64,000 nucleotides of DNA from Podarcis vaucheri (lineage: Eukaryota): NCBI GenBank assembly GCA_965113315.1, contig OZ220363.1. One strand, given 5' to 3'. Shown here piece after piece: positions 1-12,643 of the stretch. The notes below the pieces were generated by a model. The model did no database searches and was not told the DNA's origin. It worked only from the letters and a program-made list of their open reading frames with translations. Position 1 is the stretch's first letter, and each line of letters opens with the position of its first letter. The position numbers and the translations under genes are program-made.

Positions 1-460
1 TGTTTGCATCTTGGATCCCCACTCCACAACTTGGCCACAGTGTTCTGTACTAGCTGCAGTCTCTGTACCAGTTTCAAGGGAAGCTCAACATAGAGCGTGT
101 TACAGTAGTCCACTTGAGATGTTACCATCACATGACTCATAATAGCCAATACATCCCTGTCCGGGAAAGGGCGTAGCTGGCGTACCAACTGAAATTGATC
201 ATGGGTGCTCCTTGCCACTGAGGTCACCTGGGTGTCCAATGAAAGAAGTGAATGTAGGAATGCCTCCGAACGACATACCTCTTCCCTCAGAAAGAGCGTC
301 TCAGACCACATAACCACTCAGATTCAGCCTTAGTGTGTTGGTTGGCCCTCATCCAGCTACCAGAATGTCACCATTTCACCATGTTGAATCACACCAATGG
401 TCTCTGATTTTATATATCTGAAAAGTAATGAACAGGAAACTCAAGTATTTAACAAGGAAC

Positions 461-466
461 TTTATT
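461..466 (-). terminator. Candidate distal poly(A) signal of ERMN (3' UTR about 2.7 kb)
   Basis: AATAAA on the minus strand followed by U/GU-rich sequence; other AATAAA hexamers lie nearer the stop, so usage is uncertain. Confidence 0.4.
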
Positions 467-1160
467 TGAACCATGCAATTCTTAACAATAATGTTAAAAA
501 TGCCTGTTGCTCTCAGTTTTGATTCCTTGCTTAGCGGTCCCCAGACTTGCCATAAAACCACCCATGCAGAACATTTTAATTCCTGTTCTTGGTCACCTCA
601 CCAAAAAGTCACTCACAATGGTTTCCCCTGGCTACCTCCCTGTCAGAATGGTCGTGTGAATCCAATAAGAGAATCTGTTTCAGAAGATGAATGTGGAAAC
701 GAAAAGTCTCATAATTCTTGGTTTCTCAAAGCATTTGAAATTGAGAAACTGTCTTCATAAGCATTATAATATCCTCTAATTTCACCTCAGCCTATTTATT
801 CACCTGAGGTGCTTCCCTTAAGGTTAGTTCCCCCACTTAACATTTCTCAGGAGTGGACTCTTACTTTTTTTTATTCAGGCCATCTGTTAAACATGAAAGC
901 CCTTTTATTTGTGCCAATTCTATTAATTTCCCCCCTCTTACTGAGGAACTCTGTTGCTACTGGAAAAGTTGCTATCTGCACTAACAAGAGCTGGTTCATT
1001 AAACAGTATCATCTGCAACAATTTGGATATGCAAATTTTCTTCCTCTTTTACTGGTTGGAAATGAACTTCAATGGGATTTTAAAGGGTTTTCAGTTGCCT
1101 TTCATTATACTAGCTAAAATATACAGATTGGGGGAGGAAGAAAAAGGAAGGCAAACCTAT

Positions 1161-1176
1161 TCTCATTTTGAATAGC

Positions 1177-1250
<74 letters not shown>
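1161..1250. repeat. Compound (TC)n(AC)n microsatellite
   Basis: Direct reading. Confidence 0.97.
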
Positions 1251-1255
<5 letters not shown>

Positions 1256-2699
1256 ATACCCAATCTGGGTTTTTTAAAAAAAGTTATAACAATATATCAA
1301 CCAAAGAATGTTAATAGCTGAAGTACATATATTTTAATACTGTACTGTAGTCATTTACAAACATGATGTTAACATTTCAGTCTGTGTATTAATTGATACT
1401 AGTATGCAGTGTTGATGTTCTCAGTTGCTGACTGGAATGTGATGGAACAATATTTGGCAGACAAAATTGTGAGAACTAGTTTTGTGAGAATAGTGGACAT
1501 ACAGTTATTTATTTGTGAGATGGGTAAATCTGGTTCTAGTCTGGATTTCAAGTTTTTGAAATGTAAAACAGTGTTTCAGCCTTTTTATTAACAGTGCATA
1601 TGTTGCTAACAGTTCCAACACTGGCTACCAAAGCTCTGCAGAGGATTCACCATGTTCAGTGGGGTTTTCTCCCAAGAAAATGTGAAAAGGATTGCCACCT
1701 TAGTTTTAAAGTAGCTCCTGGATTCATTTTGTCAATGCCCATAATGTAAGACTAATACAACTAGGTGGTGCAAATGTATGCCGTTATTTTCTCTCAGCAC
1801 AGAATGATAGGATAGGAAAACAGACAGGAAGTGGGTTTCAAAGGTGGTGTAGTTCATGCTCACAGAACCCTTTAAAAACAGAGATCATAGCAATTGCAAC
1901 GAGTTATAACTTTATTCTTCTAACGGTATCCTCAAGTCTACTCTTATTTGTCAGGAAATCACCAGAATGGAGAACCATCTTGATTATTCTGTGTGTGTTT
2001 TAAAGAGATTACAAATTAGTCCAGGGCTATCTAAAGGGTCACCAATGTTATGCCCATGTTGTGGCGGTGTGTCCTATGGCACCCACAAAAAGTCTTAATA
2101 AATATCCCCTCAAAAATGTTTCTTCTCCCTGCTCAGTTCCTGTTTGCACTGGCTCACGTTGAACACACCCTCTTAAACATGTCTCCACATTTCACTGGAT
2201 GCCAGGAATTGACACCCATCCTCCCACCTGTTCTGAACTGAGGAGAATTGCAAAGAGCTTCTCTCTGTGAGTGTAACAGTGGCTGATGTGCCTTCCCCAC
2301 CCCACAGCTGTGAGGAGGAGCTCACACCATTTTGTGGTCCTGTCTAATTTCTTCTCTTTTAGATGTGGAAGACATGCCCTTATAGCAGCAGTTTTGAGTT
2401 ATGCCATGACCCCACGGCAGCCATTTTATGACTGGTGCCCGCAGCACTCTTTCAGTGTTCAAAATGTGCCTGCTGGCTGCCAAAGGTTGGCGTCCCCTAG
2501 CTGTTTCTTCCATTTCAGTACCAAAAATGGATAGGGGGGATGGAAAACTATCTCTAAAAGACCTTTTTTGATTGAGCTATGTTAAAGTCATTACACTGCT
2601 GATTTAAGTTAGTACATGTATTGTTGTGGTTACATTTCTGAGGTGCAGACAAATTGCACATACTAGCCCCAGTCCAATGAAAGTTAGTTGTAATTTATG

Positions 2700-3030
2700 A
2701 CTGCAATCCTAGACACACTTGCGGGATTAAGTCCAGTTGAACTCAATGGGACTTATTTTTGAGCAGACATGCATCAGTCCCACCAAAAGCAGTAGGAGTG
2801 AAGTTAGTCATGACTAACTTGTTCTGTTAGTTTCAATGAGACTTCCAGTCCAAGCGTATCCACATGCTATGTACTCAGAAGCAAGTCCCCTAATAGTCCA
2901 ACAGACAGTACTCCCAGATAACAATGCATAAACCTGCAGCCATGCAGTCCCATCCTATGCATATCTATCTGGATGTAAATGTGATCAATAGAGCTTGTTC
3001 CCAAACAGAAAGGGTGCATAGGGTTGTAGC
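2700..3030. repeat. Tandem cluster of short (about 85 bp) imperfect palindromic interspersed repeats in the ERMN 3' UTR; further copies near 6425, 6650 and 15790
   Basis: Recurring caatcct-a-cac ... aagtcc ... aatgggactta ... gcataggattgcagc-like pattern. Confidence 0.55.
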
Positions 3031-3168
3031 CTTAGATTACAGGTAAGCTTAGGTTGGATCGAAGCTGCAAAATATATTTTGATAACTTGATATTACAGGT
3101 GGATAAATGTCTGGCATTGGGGAGGGGAGGAGAATCGCAGCATGCCCATCAAATCCTCTGCCTCAGTT

Positions 3169-3650
3169 TTATGAATGCATCATGGACTCAAATTCATCAA
3201 TTCTCTGTTTAGTGTTTCCTTTCCGGATCTTCCGGTAAGATATTGTATTGTATCGAGAATAACTGTGCCTGGAGATATCATTTTTCTTCACCAAGCTCGG
3301 CTGCTCAGCAGGTTTCTCAGTCTGAGAGTTACAGCTGGCACTGGCAGAAAGGACATCCTTGCTGCCGCTCTCCAGCCTCTTTTTATGTTTATCCTCATTG
3401 CTTTCCTTCTGCATTATTTCTTCAGTGCCATCGAAATCTTCCTCTGCCATGGTTTCATTTTCTTCTAGTTGCGTTTCCTCTTTCATTGGCTCCTTGGGTT
3501 CACTCAGCTCCGCCTCTTCCTGTTCCTCCTCCACCACCACCTCATTAGTGCTGTAGACTTCTTCAGTCTGGGGTTCCTCCATCTTTCTTTCTTCCATCTT
3601 AGCTACTTTATGGTCTATAGTGCTCACAGGATGCTTCTCCTCGCAAAAGC
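3169..3650 (-). CDS. ERMN: Ermin (juxtanodin), last coding exon 3 with C-terminal ERM-type actin-binding motif
   Basis: Acceptor tttgttacag at 3651; phase 1; reads [15 protein letters not shown]...[39 protein letters not shown], matching the ermin C-terminus; expected synteny with CYTIP. Confidence 0.97.
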
Positions 3651-6600
3651 CTGTAACAAATAACAGTGGGGTTACAGTGCAGTTGAGCTAGGGTAAAAGT
3701 ATGGTGGCAAGGAGGCTGAGATGCAAACCTGGGAAATCCCTTGTTTAAAGTTTGCCGTTACCTCAGTAGGTGGCCCATGGGCATCCACTGTCTCTCAGCC
3801 CTACTCACCACCCACCTGCTATTTAAGACTAATAATACTGATGGGGTTGGCTTGAGGAATACTGAGATAATATATGTGGAAGCAGAATCAGAAGAGGTTT
3901 TGTCTTTGTAAAAACTGAAGTACCAGTGCGCATATTTTGATTAAAAAAAAATTAGCGGGTGCCAGTACAAAATGGCTGCAACGGGCAGCAAAAAAAAAAG
4001 AGGTGATGGTACTTTGGACCAGTGAGTACTGTCACAAAAAAGCAACAACAACAATATTGTATTATAGAATAATGAGATTGAATGGCCATGGTCATTCAAC
4101 ACCAGCATACTAAAGAGACTACCAGTGCCCTACAGATCAATCTAAGCATTCACAGGAGTGGGGTATGTTGTTCTCCCTTCTGCTTTTCACGGTTTTTCTG
4201 AAATATATAAAGTAACTGTGCCTACGATCCTATACACCAGGGCTGGGGGACCTGCTTGACTACATCTCCCATCATCCCTGATCATGCTTGGCTGGGGGTG
4301 ATGGGAGTTTATAAGCAAATGGACTAGAGACCCCATGCACTCTTCTCCACCATCCTTACCACCCTATTTTTCAACACTACTTCTAAGGAGGCCCAGTGAA
4401 GTGACTTGAATCCTGAAGCATGAGCTCTCTAGCAATATGCTTGCACTAACAAATTGTTAGTGAGGCATCCATAAAAGGGAAAGAGGGACACAGGAAGGGC
4501 AGGGGTTTACCAGAAATGGATCAAAATAAATAGGAACTGTCCCCGGAGCAGATAGTCTTATCATCATTATTTTGCAAAAATTTATAACCATCTAATTTTC
4601 CCATTCTACCACCACCACACAAAAATTAGCAAGATAACTGAGGTGTAACATACAGCGCTTGAAAGCCTTGAAATAAATATTTACTAAATGTGGCACGGAT
4701 TGCTATATTTTCTTGATTCAAAGTGCAACTAATTGTCTGCAAACAGCCACTTTTCTCAACCATCTTATTAGGGTAATATGCCTGGAATATCTGGTCAGTA
4801 GGGGGATTCTGAGAGCTCAGCAGGTAGAGTCTGGTATCTTTTTGACCGGTCAGGAGGTGGTACCATAGGAGAGCAGCCTAGTTTGATACTGGCTTACTCA
4901 GCAAAATACCTGATATAGACTGACCACCTATGCATTCCCAACAAATAGAAATGCACCCCCACCCAATAAAAGGACAAAAGATGATACGGATTTGTATGAA
5001 ATAGGCTTATGCTAATTTATATGTTCAGGTGCACATTTAGAAATTACTATAATCGAAACAGAAGCGCATTACACAGTGGGAAAGACTGTGATGACGTGAC
5101 CTGTCTTGCCTGCTCAGTCTCCTGTTCTGGTGGTAACTGTTGATGGGCAAATGCTCTCCCTTCTTATGGCTCTTAACCTTGAAACAAGATTTAAACCAAG
5201 CAGCCTTTCAAACCCAGGACTGTCCTCTGCAAGTAGGACACATGGTCACTCTATCCTAATATCTAACTGGGCAAGCATACTGAATAAGCAGCAGACTATC
5301 CAACTCTTGGTTGGGCCTAGTAGTGTTACAGTGGCTTCAGTCCTTCCTGGAGAATCGGCCTCAGAAGGTGGTACTGAGAAGCTTATTTTCCACCCACTGG
5401 CCAGTAGGCTATGGGGTACCTGCTGGGAAAAGTCATCTAGAGGTTTGAGTCACAGCAACATCAGCATGCAGGTGACAGTCATTTCTACCTCTTGTTTCCA
5501 ACTACTTGAAATTATTGAAAAGTGTGTGTGTGCACCCTACTGAAGTGCAGTGTGGCTTACTAGATAGCTCAATGGTAGGATAGCCAGAGAAAGACATAGT
5601 GTCCCATTAAATTGTCTACAGCAGGACCAGGGAATCTGTGACCATCCCAATGTTGTTGGACTCTAACTCCCATCAGCCCAAGCCAACATGGCCAATGGTC
5701 AGGAATGATGGGAGTTGTGGTCCAAGAACACCTGGAAGGTCACAGGTTCCCCATCCCTGGCCTAGAGTCCAGACTGAATGAGTAAACACTTACATCTGGC
5801 TGTGATTAAAGGAATGCCATATTGAAGATAACTATGCTAGGCCTTCTATTGTAGCTTCTTTCAAGATTTGGAGTATTTTGCCAAAGTCATTTTATAAAAG
5901 TTCAGTGCACTTCTGTAAGCACACGCTGATAAAATAGCATCACTTTGTGCCCCTCTGTGTGGCACTGGATATTGATGGCTTTTGACATGTAGTTAAAGTG
6001 GATCTAAATGTATGGAATGACTTGCCAACTGTTACGCAAAATCCAAATAACCAGTGTTAATGTGTTGTCAAGATTGTGAAATCGCACACTTAGCAGGCAT
6101 AAAGCTATAAAAACAAAAAAGCCTTCTCTTATCAAACTTGATTCAACCTGAACTATTGGGTCACATTTCTACAAGCTTCCTGCATGGATGTTCAAGGTGA
6201 GAAGGGGTATCAAAAGCCCTTCCTAAAATAGTCACCAGAACATAGGCATACATGCAGCTTCCTGATACTCCTGGAGAAAATATTTAAAGGTGGAAGGAAC
6301 CATAACCCACTTTAGGAGAGACATGGTAATTCAGTACCATCCTGTTTCACTTGTAATTTTCAAATAAGGCAGGCATCTATTTAAATTAATAGGAGTACCC
6401 AATGTGGTTTCAGTTGTGGCACTATACAATCCTATGCACACTTGTTAGGGAGCAAGTCTCACTGAACTTAACGGGAGCTATCTCCACATAAACATGTGCA
6501 GGGCTGAGCTGTATGACTAGCAGGAATGTCGCAACACATGGAGAGCCACATAAGAAATGATGTTAGCAAAATTTGCCAGATTATTCTCTGGATGAAGAAG

Positions 6601-7494
6601 AGCTGTATGGGTCGGGACAGAAACTCCTCATGGTATTTTTAGACTTCAGCCCTATACACTCTTACCTGGGAGTAGGTGCCAATGAACCAAAAAACATAAA
6701 AGTTACTTCTGAGTAGACCTAGGCTGTGTACACACCATATATTTTAAAGAACATGGCTTTCCCCCAAAGCATCCTGGTATTCTGTAATTTAGCCCTCACA
6801 GAGCTACAATTCCTAGCACCCTTTACAAACTACAGCTCTCAGAATTTATTGGGGGAAGCTGTGTGGTTTAGATATGTTTTAAGCGTATGGTTTGCATGCA
6901 GCCATGCATACCATTGCACTGTTACTCATATTAGCTAGAACTCAACACGGACAAGGAATGTGATCTGCAGATAGTTTCTCTGTAGAATTTATAATAAAGA
7001 AGAACTTTGCAAGTGTTGCATTCAAACTGGCAGCTATTGGAGTTTCCAAGTAGAATTTAAACAATTGGTTCATGCCCACTGGTTTTTAAAAAGTATTTTT
7101 GAACCATCTGCAGGGGTTTGCACTAGATGATCCTCAGGGTCCCTTCCAACTCTACAATTCTAGGGTTCTAAAGTGTGTTGTTTCAGATGTCTAGAAATAT
7201 CACAAGCAAAGAGGCTGCCTATATCTGCAGGCTTCATGAGAATCTCGATCAGGCAAGTCACTCAGGTGCTTACCTCGCTCTTCCCATAAAAAGAGGCACT
7301 GATGATGCCATCTCCAGGACTAGGTACCCTTCCTGCCTTCATATGCCACCTTGGGAATGCAGACAAACACTAATAATGTGCCATTTCTGAGACTGGTGTT
7401 AGGTGTGAACACATATTGCAAAAGCACCATTTCCCCCCCCCCCAGCTTTGCCAGAATTGGGATCCTTAACGCTGTGCACAAAAACACGGGAAAG

Positions 7495-7916
7495 CAGTGG
7501 CGTAGTGTGGGGGGTGCAGGGGGGCCGGCCGCACTGGGCGCAACATCTGGGGGGCATGCGCTCGCACTCGCAGCTCTCTGCCCCTACCTGGCTCACTCTC
7601 TCTCACTGCAGTGCTGGCTGTGCGAATCCAATCCGAGCCGCTGGGTTGCCGCCCACTGTGGAGGGGGTGGGTGCCAGGCGTGTGGTGCGGAGAGAGAGCG
7701 AGGGACTATCTGGGGGAGGGACAGTGCAGCGGCCGCCCAGTGCAGCGCTGAGCGCGGGAGAGAACCACACCAGACCAGACCAGGCAGCAGCAAGAAGAAG
7801 CTGGCAGCGGCGGCAGGTTAGGGGTTAGGGGGCGCAAATTACTTGCCTTGCCCCGGGTTAGGGGGCACAAATTACTTGCCTTGCCCCGGGTGCTGACAAC
7901 CCACGCTACGCCACTG
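7495..7916 (+). mobile_element. hAT-type MITE (long form) with TTAGGG-containing subrepeats
   Basis: TIR cagtggcgtag...ctacgccactg; 8-bp TSD cgggaaag/cgcgaaag. Confidence 0.88.
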
Positions 7917-9523
7917 CGCGAAAGCAAAGGTTCTGGTGGCTCTGGTTAAATATTATCTTACTTCCATTTTGTGTTTCTAACTACAGCCCTTGTTGACCTT
8001 TCTCCCCCATATAAGACATTGGTCCATGAAAGATGAGCAGAGTGGTTTTTGCTATCCTTGCTTAAATTGTTACACAAACTGCCACCAGGGAATCTAAAGT
8101 CAAGAGAAAGGTAAATGGCAAATGTACCTTATATACATAGGCATGAACTGTCTAAACATTTGCCTCCTTCTGAAATATAAACTTTCTTAACAGAGCTGTG
8201 CCTATGCTAAGGAAACTGAGGGGTGCAGGGAGTATCCTCAAATAGAAGATAATGCACACCAGTTCAATACAAGTATGTACCTCACTCTGTTTAAATTTCT
8301 CTGCATAGTTAACAACTTCATGTGGGATTTTCCAGAAGATCACAGCTGAATTCTGATTAACAATCGAGAGAATAACCTGAATCAGACAATTCCTTCACAC
8401 AGGTCTGTGTGCGCCTGCCTACCAAACGATGCAACTTTGGTTGGAATGTAGAATTCAGTTTCAGTCCCTACCAGTGATCATCATCACTGCCCAAGCTGAC
8501 CATACTGACCATCTGTTAGAAGCTGTGTGCAGAAAAGCAAATAGGATAGGTATCCATGCCCAAAGCCCCAGAAAAAGGAAACCAAATGTGCATCACACTC
8601 CATGGGATTCAATCCATCATATATATGTTTAGAAGCCTGTCGTCCCTTGTTTGTTGACAGCGATGGTGTTTGCTCATTAAGTGGAAGCTCATGGGCAGCC
8701 AGACCACTTGCATGAATGATTTCAAACCAGCCATAAAAGTTATGTATCATAGAAGACCATTTAACCATGTAGAGTATATATATCTTGTCCCTATGCATGA
8801 AATTTTGGCCACTCACTTTGCAACATGCTGCAGTTGCTGCTGTGTCCAGCTTCACACATGCAAAAGCAGCTGCATCATCGCAGCAAGTTGGAAGATATTG
8901 CAAGAGGCTAGGCTGCAGTTTCCATTATTAGCAGTTGCCACAGGTGGGAAGTGCCACACTCTACTGCAAGTGAAGTTATTACCTTAATTATCATTTCTAA
9001 GGCCACAGTAGGGTCCAGATTTTTGTTTATTTGATTTGGTTTTTTTTACATTCCCTCATCTCCACAGCAAGCTATGGCACCACACAATCCAAGGATCATG
9101 AGTGACTGAGACTATATATAACGTTCTAGAAACTGCAAAAACTAAGCAAGAGCAGAACTTGGGTTGTCCATGAAACATTGACCATTCAGCCTCCACACAG
9201 GTGTTTGTAATATAAGAGGGTTATTAAACTGGAAGATAATAGGGTTCCTTAAGCAGAGACCTAAACACAGGTCTGCTGCAGGGACTTCCCCCTAATCTAA
9301 GGGAAGAAAAGGGAGAGCATTATCTGAATGTGGGGCTGTGTTTAAACAGGACACAGTTAATTCACTGTGCCTGAACAGTACCTTAAATAGGAGACTACTG
9401 GTTACCCCCGATTCAGACTTTGTTTATTGCAGTATAGTCCCTTAACAGGGCTAGCCAAAGCCATTTTGCTTTCTGAGACAAAGGACAAAATGGCACCCTC
9501 CCCCATTCTACAAGTAGAAGATG

Positions 9524-9948
9524 TGTCATGGGCCAGGAGTCAGCTCTGCCTGCTGAACAACAGCCTGAAGGGGGAGAAAGCGGAATGACTCCACCTGCAA
9601 CTGATCAGCCTTCAAGGACACAGAGGAGAATGTGCTGATGAGAAACAGCTGGCTTCAGGCTTCTTAAAGCAGAGCTTCCAGAAGCAGTCAGATACCGGTA
9701 ACAACACTTGGAGTTCTTGGCCCTACCTTGCTGCTTCCTGGTTGTTTTGACCCTGGACCCCCTGATCATTGGATTCCCTGACTCTTGGGCTGTCTGATCA
9801 CATAGATTGCTGTTCACCCAACCCTAGGACTGGACCAGACTTCGGATGCTGTCTCTGTCTCCAGGTAAGTACATCTCAGACTTTTGGATGGCTGGCTTCT
9901 CACTCCATTGAGCTCTGCACATTGTTGCTCAGCAACAAAACTATAACA
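9524..9948 (+). mobile_element. Probable older solo LTR inserted into a DNA-transposon remnant in ERMN intron 2
   Basis: TGTCAT...ATAACA termini, TSD agatg/agctg; the flanks rejoin into a repeat also seen uninterrupted near 24940. Confidence 0.55.
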
Positions 9949-11593
9949 AGCTGACTGGTCTGGTAGTCACATCTTATTTCCAGCCCTTGCAACAGAATGT
10001 TTTTATTTATTTATCCTACCCTTACTCCCAAAGGGGCGCGGAGCAGGAAACAATAATAAAACATTTTTTTAAATTAAACAAAATCTAAAAGTTAAAAACA
10101 GCTATCTCAGATTGCCATATTTTATTTAAAAAAAAATATCCTGGCATCCGCAAAGTTGTTGAGCAAAATTTGGAGCTGCTTCCACTGCTATTTCCATCGT
10201 GTTGCCATACATCCCGGTTTTCCCCGATTCACCAAAATTCCCCCGATGCCATTTTTACGCCCAAAAAACAGGCCCTGCTCATGGTCCTGCCTTCTCTGCC
10301 AGTTTGCTGGCTGTTCCTTTAAAGGTTCTGACCTAAACATAAGAAAAGTCCTGCTGGGCTGGGCCGCTCACAACCCTAGTAGCCATTGACAGCCCCACCC
10401 ACCATGAATTGGTCTAACCCTCTTTTAAAGACATGTTTGTGAGACCCGAGTCACACTATGGGCTGCCTTGAAGAGACTAACCCACCTATCATTATGTGTA
10501 GTATTTGTTCTTTATTGTGCAGCAAGTGCACCCAGTTGTGTGCATGGCTACTCGGCTAAGCAAGTAGCCATATGGATTGACCAAGCACCACATTGCATAT
10601 AGTCTCTTTGCATTACCCGAAGATAGGCAGGCTACATGATCATTTATACGGGTGTCGCACACTTGTCGTATTCAACTCCTCTCTGGCTTAATTGGTGCTT
10701 TAATGTTGTGACAAAATTCTCCATTCAACTTCTGCCTGTGGTGTCTTAAGTATTAATTAGGTTGAATTGGATAGGTAGTAAAAATGCTGTCTGCAATTTT
10801 GAGATAAACTGCTTGTGCATGGGAGTTGGGGAGGGGAAGGTGTCAAATTTTACTTAATAGGTTTTATTGTGTGCTTGTACAATGCAGCGTGAATGCAGAT
10901 ATGTGTTGGCGGGAAAAGCCATTCTTCATCAGCTGAGCTCTCCAAAATACTGAGGTTTTAAGACTGACAAGGTCACTTCTGATAAATGTGTAGATTATAC
11001 CACCACCACCTTTCTGAAGCCAAGACAGCTGTAAAATTACTATCCTATTTCCCCTAGACTGAAATCCGAAGCCCAATGGGACTCGCATATAAGTAAATGT
11101 ACATAGGAGTATGATCTAACTTGGTCCTAATTACTCTGCCTTTCCTAATGGAGTCTATTATTGGAGTCCAAACCATGATTTTAGAGAGATGGGTAGATAG
11201 AGCAGGTGCATAATATTTGTGAGCAAGAATGAATAAATGGGGGAGGGGGGAGGGAGAGACAAATCACCCCTGCTGTGGGGCACAAATTTAGCTGTAGTCT
11301 TTCATCCATGCATCTCGTACCTGCATGTATCACTGACATCCTTCACTGGGATTGAATCCTGTATGCAAAGTTGGCTGTCGACCCTGAAGAAATAGCCACC
11401 AGTTTTAGTATAAACTCATATTGAGTTGAGCTCTTATCCCTAGACTGAATTAGCGTCAACTGATTTCCGTGAGAGAGACTTGTGCATGTGCTTAAGTGCC
11501 TCATTAAATTAAATTGGATCTTGGTTAGACCGCTAACAAATTCTGTGGCTTTCTTCCTACTTTTTTAAAAAGTAAGGCAGCTCTACTCCTCAC

Positions 11594-11674
11594 CTTCTCT
11601 GGATTCTTCTTCCCAGCTTCTTGTCTCCTGGGAAAAGATGTCAGTTTCTCTCTCCTTGTTTCCCTCTGGCTCTC
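11594..11674 (-). CDS. ERMN: Ermin coding exon 2 (81 nt)
   Basis: AG/GT boundaries (ctaaag | ... | gtgagg), phase 1 to phase 1; EPEGNKERETDIFSQETRSWEEESRE resembles mammalian ITDLSLQETSADEMTFRE. Confidence 0.85.
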
Positions 11675-12399
11675 CTTTAGAAGATACAAGACAGTGTAAA
11701 ATTGACATCTCCTACAAAGTGTTTAGTGATTACAGCGGCAATTACTAATCTCTTCAGCCATATAGTGCAGCTTAAACCTTTCTCCCTGGAGTGATCTTTT
11801 CCCATTAGATTTTGATCTAGAGCCACTTGCAGCAGAAAATATGTGCCACAGCAATCAATGGACCGACTTCCAGTGAAATGGAATGGAATGCCTTCCCCTC
11901 CATTTTTCTTTTTAGGGAGGTACAGCAAACACTTAGAAGCAAATTCCATTGAAAGTTGTGCACAATCCAGCCAAAGTTAAAGTGCATCGATTTCAAAGAG
12001 AGAATGCAACACATGCTTAAATCTCTCTTGCTTTTAATTCTCATTCATTTCACATTTCTCCCATTCAGGAGAATTAAAAGCACTTAACTTTGGCTAGATC
12101 GTGTTTAGAACTAGATCCACATTTGCTTTTTTAAAAAATGTATATCCATATCAATAATGGGACAGATCTTTTTTCTTCTTTTTTTTTGAGGGTCAGAGAA
12201 AATTTCAGAAAGTGTCAGCCACTGTTACACATTCAGCACAAAGGATTTACAATCTTACAGACAGAAGTAAAAAGAACGCTTTAAGAAAAACATTTAAAAC
12301 ATATTTCTCAAAAAATAAAAAGATCTCAATATAATAAAGCATCTCACATCATTCCCAAGACAAAAAGGGTGGGGGGGGATGCATAAACTGGCATTTTAC

Positions 12400-12643
12400 C
12401 TTGAAGTTCCTTTATCCCAACTGAAACTTCGTATGCTGTGCTCTTTGCTAAATGTTTGCCTCCTCCTCGGTTTCCTTGTGCAAGTGGGGAACCAGGAATA
12501 GGCTCTGCGGTTTCGTAAGGAAATATCTCGACAGAATTTGCAATTTGATCAATAATATCAATGACCTGGAGCTGAGGTTTTTCAGAGGGCACGTTCCGAT
12601 TGTATTCAGACATGCTGGTTGGAACCTGGACATCTTCTGTCAT
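12400..12643 (-). CDS. ERMN: Ermin coding exon 1
   Basis: ATG at 12643 (MTEDVQVPTSMSEYNRNVPSEK, similar to mammalian MTDVPATFTQAECNGDKPPE); donor gtaaaa at 12399; 244 nt, phase 1; joined CDS 807 nt = 268 aa + stop. Confidence 0.88.

Noticed and set aside
1-3000. GALNT5 3' exons, expected here from synteny
   Set aside because: No recognisable glycosyltransferase or ricin-domain coding sequence; the gene probably ends before the window
3175-3663. Plus-strand ORFs over ERMN exon 3, and similar ones over CYTIP exon 8 and the Penelope ORF
   Set aside because: Antisense shadows of real coding sequence
8281-8376. 96-nt AG...GT bounded open segment in ERMN intron 2 (VILSIVNQNSAVIFWKIP...)
   Set aside because: Open only in phase 0 while this intron is phase 1 (early stop), and the peptide is not recognisable
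10438-10713. Possible third solo LTR on the minus strand (TATAAAT near 10645, AATAAA near 10513)
   Set aside because: TG...CA ends are plausible but no TSD could be matched; too weak to call
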